Assembly: GCF_900289195.1 (NCBI RefSeq)
Contig: NZ_OMOH01000002.1
Coordinates: 151,206 to 183,205 of the forward strand
Source: Propionibacterium ruminifibrarum
GTDB lineage: Bacteria > Actinomycetota > Actinomycetes > Propionibacteriales > Propionibacteriaceae
DNA: 32,000 nt
Direction: 5' to 3'
A program made the translations under genes and the position numbers. The notes under the pieces are model-generated. The model saw only the letters and a list, made by a program, of their open reading frames with translations, made no database searches and was not told the origin of the DNA. This document shows, piece by piece, positions 28,599-32,000 of the stretch (the first letter of the stretch is position 1; the number at the start of each line of letters is the position of its first letter).

Positions 28599-29209
28599 GA
28601 ATCGCCATCGTCTACTGCCACCCGTGGGAGGGCAGTCTCAACCACGCCATCCTCGAGCAGGTGACGGCAAACCTCGACGAGCACGGCGTCGAGTACGACC
28701 TGATGGACCTGCACGCCGACGGTTTCCTGCCCTTCTACGACGCCGAGGAGCTGCGCCTGTTCAGCTCCGGCGGCACCCACGACCCGCTGGTGACCAGGTA
28801 CCTCGGCTTCCTGCGCGCCGCAGACGGTCTCATCGTCATCACCCCGCTGTGGTGGAACAGCATCCCGGGCATGCTCAAGGGCTTCATCGACAAGGTGATG
28901 AAGGAGGGCGAGGGGCTCTCGCACACGGTGTCGGCGCGCGGCGTCCACGGTGAACTGGGCAATCTGCGCCGTGCCTATGTGCTGACGACGAGCACCTCAC
29001 CGAAGTCCTACATCCGTTTCCTCAACGGCAACGCGATCAAGCGCATCTTCATGGGCCAGACGCTCAAGCAGCTGGGCGTGCGCCGCTCGACGTGGATCCA
29101 TCACGGCCTGGTCAGGGGACAGGCCGGCGACGGCGCCTGGGCGCGCCGGATGCGCGCCCGCCACGCCCGTCACCTGGAGCGGGTGCGCACGATGGACTTC
29201 CGGTTCTGA
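28595..29209 (+). CDS. NAD(P)H-dependent FMN/quinone oxidoreductase (Flavodoxin_2 / NQO1-MdaB-like fold)
   Basis: MRIAIVYCHPWEGSLNHAILEQV...GLIVITPLWWNSIPGMLKGFIDKV is the typical flavodoxin-like-fold signature (hP.WW...Pa.LKg.iDrV). The gene is translationally coupled to tetR. Confidence 0.8.
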   Translation: MRIAIVYCHPWEGSLNHAILEQVTANLDEHGVEYDLMDLHADGFLPFYDAEELRLFSSGGTHDPLVTRYLGFLRAADGLIVITPLWWNSIPGMLKGFIDKVMKEGEGLSHTVSARGVHGELGNLRRAYVLTTSTSPKSYIRFLNGNAIKRIFMGQTLKQLGVRRSTWIHHGLVRGQAGDGAWARRMRARHARHLERVRTMDFRF

Positions 29210-29232
29210 GACGCCCGGGAAAACTGAGGGGT

Positions 29233-29856
29233 TCAGTAGGCGGTGATGGCCTCGTCGACCGGGTCCGGTCCGCCGATCAGCGGCACCGTGCGACGGTAGG
29301 TGTTGGTGCTCTCCAGCACTGCGACGAGCGCGTCCGCGAGGTCGGGAATCGGGATCGGCCCCACGTCGGGCGGGTCCAGCCGGATCCTGCCCGTTCCGGG
29401 GTCCTCGGTGAGGGCGCCGGGCTGGACGATCGTCCAGTCGAGGTCGGTCTGCTCGCTGACGTAGTTGTCGGCGAAGAACTTGGCGATGCAGTAGTTCATG
29501 AGCCTGTCCGACCACCTGTCCGGCTGCAGCGAGAACAGGAAACTGAGCAGGACGAAACGCCGGATCCCCCGGCTCTGGGTGGCCTGGGCGAGCTTGACGG
29601 CCCCGTAGGCGTCGGTCGCGAGGAGGTCGCCGCCGCGGGAGCCGGCGAGGAAGTAGACGGCGTCGTGGCCGTCGACGGCCCGGGCCAGGGTCTCCACGTC
29701 GTCGTGCAGGTCGAGAGCGACCGGGTGCACGTGCTCGCGAACGGTGACCTTGCCCGGGTCGCGCGCCCCGGCCGTCACCTCGTGGCCGCGGGCCACGAGC
29801 CCGGCGATGGTCGCGTCGGCGACACGGCCGTTGGCTCCGGCAACGAATATCCTCAT
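29233..29856 (-). CDS. NAD(P)H-binding atypical SDR (NmrA/YhfK-like) oxidoreductase
   Basis: MRIFVAGANGRVADATIAGLVARGHEVTAGARDPGKV is a Rossmann GxxGxxG-type opening. The product is 207 aa. Its start overlaps the stop of the upstream small ORF (ATGA at 29853-29856). Confidence 0.8.
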   Translation of the reverse strand: MRIFVAGANGRVADATIAGLVARGHEVTAGARDPGKVTVREHVHPVALDLHDDVETLARAVDGHDAVYFLAGSRGGDLLATDAYGAVKLAQATQSRGIRRFVLLSFLFSLQPDRWSDRLMNYCIAKFFADNYVSEQTDLDWTIVQPGALTEDPGTGRIRLDPPDVGPIPIPDLADALVAVLESTNTYRRTVPLIGGPDPVDEAITAY

Positions 29857-30188
29857 GTGTCCTGTCCTTCCATGACGTCAAGGGCCTCCGTCTTCCCGGC
29901 GGCCCGGTGTGACTGGTTCCACTGCCTGCCGGCCTCGCGGTATCGGGCCAGTTGTTCCTTGTACATCTCCCGCAGCTCCGGGTCGTGCAGCACCATGTAG
30001 ACCAGCCCGCAGTCCTGCGGACCGGTGGCGTAGGCCTGGCACTGGCTGCAGTAGTCCTCCGGCCTCAACGGGCACATCGGGATGACGGTGCCGGGCGCCT
30101 TCTTCCGCGATCCTGCCGCCGATTCGGCTGGTTGCACGTCTGCACCCATCAGGATCACCTCGTCATGCGGAGCGTGGAAGCGTTTCAT
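29853..30188 (-). CDS. Hypothetical small Cys-rich protein (C-x7-C-x2-C-x10-C), 98-111 aa
   Basis: High GC3. The sequence reads ...PMCPLRPEDYCSQCQAYATGPQDCGLVYMVLHDPELREMYKEQLARYREAGRQW... Candidate starts are ATG 30188 (no SD) and ATG 30149 (GAGGTG 6 nt upstream). The track's 166-aa version overlaps the GNAT gene and is too long. The gene is translationally coupled to the SDR gene. Confidence 0.5.
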   Translation of the reverse strand: MKRFHAPHDEVILMGADVQPAESAAGSRKKAPGTVIPMCPLRPEDYCSQCQAYATGPQDCGLVYMVLHDPELREMYKEQLARYREAGRQWNQSHRAAGKTEALDVMEGQDT

Positions 30189-30225
30189 CACGACGATACG
30201 TCGCGAACAGCCGAAGCACGAGGCC

Positions 30226-30732
30226 CTAGGTGTTGCGGTGGCCAGGTCCTGGCCGGTCCCGGCCCGGGACGAACTCGAAGGCGATGTCGCCGCGGGTGTA
30301 ACCGTAGTCGTCGAGCTCGACCCGGCGGAAACCGAACTTCTCGTAGATGCCAAGGGCCGGGCCCAGTCTCGTATTCGAGATGAGCTGGAGACGACTGGCG
30401 CCCTTGTTCAGGGCCCAGCGCATGGCTGCGCCGAAGACCAGACTTCCTGCTCCGGCGTGCGGCCGCTCGCTCGTGGAGCCGAGCTTGCAGATCTCCCAGG
30501 AAGAACCCGCCCCGGGCTCGGTTCCCGGCACCGGCATGGCCATGCAGCAGGCCAGCACGTCGTCGCCCTCGATGGCGAAGAAGACCATCGCCCCCGTGTC
30601 GATGAGTTCCTCAAGGTGCTCGAAGGTCCAGTGGTCCTCATCCTCGAGCGGGCCGAAGTAGGTGGTGATCCATTCGGTGTTGAACCGTATGAAGTAGGGC
30701 TTGTACCTGGGTTCGTACTGAACGACGTGCAT
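30226..30732 (-). CDS. GNAT-family N-acetyltransferase
   Basis: Start is ATG 30732 (MHVVQYEP...) with GAGGAG 8 nt upstream. The acetyl-CoA-binding region is ERPHAGAGSLVFGAAMRWALNKGASRLQLISN...ALGIYEKFGFRRV (Q/R-x-x-G-x-G/A pattern plus Y-x-K-x-G-F). Confidence 0.85.
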   Translation of the reverse strand: MHVVQYEPRYKPYFIRFNTEWITTYFGPLEDEDHWTFEHLEELIDTGAMVFFAIEGDDVLACCMAMPVPGTEPGAGSSWEICKLGSTSERPHAGAGSLVFGAAMRWALNKGASRLQLISNTRLGPALGIYEKFGFRRVELDDYGYTRGDIAFEFVPGRDRPGPGHRNT

Positions 30733-30927
30733 GTGACGGCTCCTCTGGCGCACCAGGTTATCCGACCGAACCGGTACTGCCCCCTACGACGGGGATCGGA
30801 CGGGCACCGCGTGGATCGTCCGAGACCCTCCGGCGTTGGGCGGCCATCGTGGATCGCCCCGCCGTGAGGGCATGAAGGGCCCTCGTGTGCCGGCTCGGCC
30901 CCCGCAATGGTCGGCTCGGCGCCCGGC

Positions 30928-31599
30928 TCACCACAGTCCGGGGACGACCTTGTACCTCACCCGGTCCCTGTACTCCGCGTAGCCGTCGAGTCCCGCCACG
31001 AGCACCTGCTCCTCGTTCCTGATCCGTTTCGCGATGATCGGGATGGTCAGCAACAGGACGAGCAACGACGGCGGCGATCCCAGGACCAACGCCATGGTGA
31101 GGAACAGCGTCAGGACCGCCGAGTACATCGGGTGCCTGACGATGGCGTACAGACCCGTGTCGATCACCTCGTGATGGTCCTGCACCTCGACGGTTCGCGA
31201 GAGGTAGGCGTTCTCCCGCATCACCTCGGCGCACAGCAGGCAGGAGAGCAGGAAGATCACTGTCGCGACCCAGACGAGCCACGCCGGGATGATGAACCAC
31301 TGGAATCTGTGGTTCAGCCCGGCGACGATGAATGCGGTCACGAGCACCAAGCCGCTCAGCAGGACGACCTGTTTCTGTTCCGTCTCGCCCTCGGTGCTGC
31401 TCAGCCTCTTGCGCAGCAGTTCCGGGTCCTTCATCGCCAGGACGAGCCCCACCCCGAGCATGGGGACGAAGAGCACGATCATGAGCAGCCAGGCATTCCA
31501 GTAGTGCACGGTGCCCGCCGGAACGAGAAGGAGGACGGGGACGAGCACCAGCCCGGCAACGAACCTGCCAAGGGCCAGGGCGAACAGCCTCATGTCCAT
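30928..31599 (-). CDS. Membrane methyltransferase of the ICMT/PEMT family
   Basis: Start is ATG 31599 (MDMRLFALALG...) with GGGAGTGG upstream. The protein has multiple hydrophobic helices and the signature VIDTGLYAIVRHPMYSAVLTLFL...EEQVLVAGLDGYAEYRDRVRYKVVPGLW (G-x-Y-x-x-v-R-H-P-m-Y; E-E..L....G..Y..Y...v...vP). Confidence 0.8.
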   Translation of the reverse strand: MDMRLFALALGRFVAGLVLVPVLLLVPAGTVHYWNAWLLMIVLFVPMLGVGLVLAMKDPELLRKRLSSTEGETEQKQVVLLSGLVLVTAFIVAGLNHRFQWFIIPAWLVWVATVIFLLSCLLCAEVMRENAYLSRTVEVQDHHEVIDTGLYAIVRHPMYSAVLTLFLTMALVLGSPPSLLVLLLTIPIIAKRIRNEEQVLVAGLDGYAEYRDRVRYKVVPGLW

Positions 31600-31739
31600 G
31601 CCACCACTCCCACCTGCTCCGGTTCGACACGTCTGGAGCATCATCGGCACGGCTCCGGCGAACATGTCAAGGACGTCGGATCCCCCGGGGGGGATCAGCT
31701 GCCACGGAGCCCCGGAGGCCACGTCCTGCCCCAGCGAAG

Positions 31740-32000
31740 TCATCCAGCGGACGAGCCCGCCGACGCGGCGCCTACTCCTTCCCGTGCCCGGGAGGGGACC
31801 TGGGCGAGAACGATCGCGACGAGCATCACGACACAACCGGCCGTCTCGCGGGGACTCATGCGTTCGCCGAGCAGGACCGCCCCCGCCACGACGGCGAACA
31901 CCGCCTCCAGGCTCAACAGCAGGGCCGCGACCGTGGGATCGGTGAACCGTTGGGCGGTGATCTGCAGGGTGTATCCGATGCCCCCGGACACGAGACCGCA
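31740..32000 (-). CDS. DMT-superfamily (EamA-like) transporter, C-terminal part; the 5' end lies beyond the window
   Basis: GIGYTLQITAQRFTDPTVAALLLSLEAVFAVVAGAVLLGERMSPRETAGCVVMLVAIVLAQ is the typical last EamA repeat (p..a.l....pv.a.l.g...lgE.l........G..li..gv). The frame stays open to the window edge. Confidence 0.75.
   Translation of the reverse strand, partial: CGLVSGGIGYTLQITAQRFTDPTVAALLLSLEAVFAVVAGAVLLGERMSPRETAGCVVMLVAIVLAQVPSRAREGVGAASAGSSAG

Noticed and set aside
31670-31727. Nested palindromes downstream of the EamA gene: GATCCCCC-gg-GGGGGATC at 31679-31696, enclosed by AGGACGT (31670-31676) and ACGTCCT (31721-31727)
   Set aside because: These are real inverted repeats and may be a terminator. 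The inner loop is too short, there is no U-tract, and G/C-run palindromes arise easily at this base composition. They are not reported as a feature.

Overview
Very GC-rich (third codon positions almost all G/C) chromosomal segment from an actinobacterium. I cannot name the genus from sequence alone. I call 26 protein-coding genes and 2 tRNAs, tightly packed on both strands. I saw no transposase, integrase, CRISPR array, rRNA or obvious prophage or defence island. The backbone is housekeeping: tig (partial, missing from the ORF track), tRNA-Gly, tRNA-Pro, ligA, an Rv2466c-like DsbA-fold protein divergent from pepN (the arrangement remembered for M. tuberculosis Rv2466c/Rv2467), gnd, pdxK and an M3 peptidase. 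Between these lie accessory modules. (i) uxaC / LarA-superfamily enzyme / LacI / gnd. (ii) A fadD-thioesterase operon divergent from MarR and a fused FAD/Fe-S oxidoreductase. (iii) An orphan 444-aa GalT-like HIT protein. (iv) A cluster of small redox, acetyl- and methyl-transfer genes at 27.9-32 kb. The many long R/G/P-rich ORFs antisense to these genes are high-GC shadow ORFs. The observations most worth follow-up are: the LarA-like enzyme, which keeps all nickel-pincer-cofactor residues and sits in a uronate/gluconate context; the uncharacterised GalT-like protein; a 38-nt hairpin repeat present twice with a compensatory base-pair change; a CPWA (monothiol) variant of the Rv2466c-type active site; and several unannotatable small or hypothetical ORFs. 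All function calls rest on my reading of translated motifs. No database search was run.
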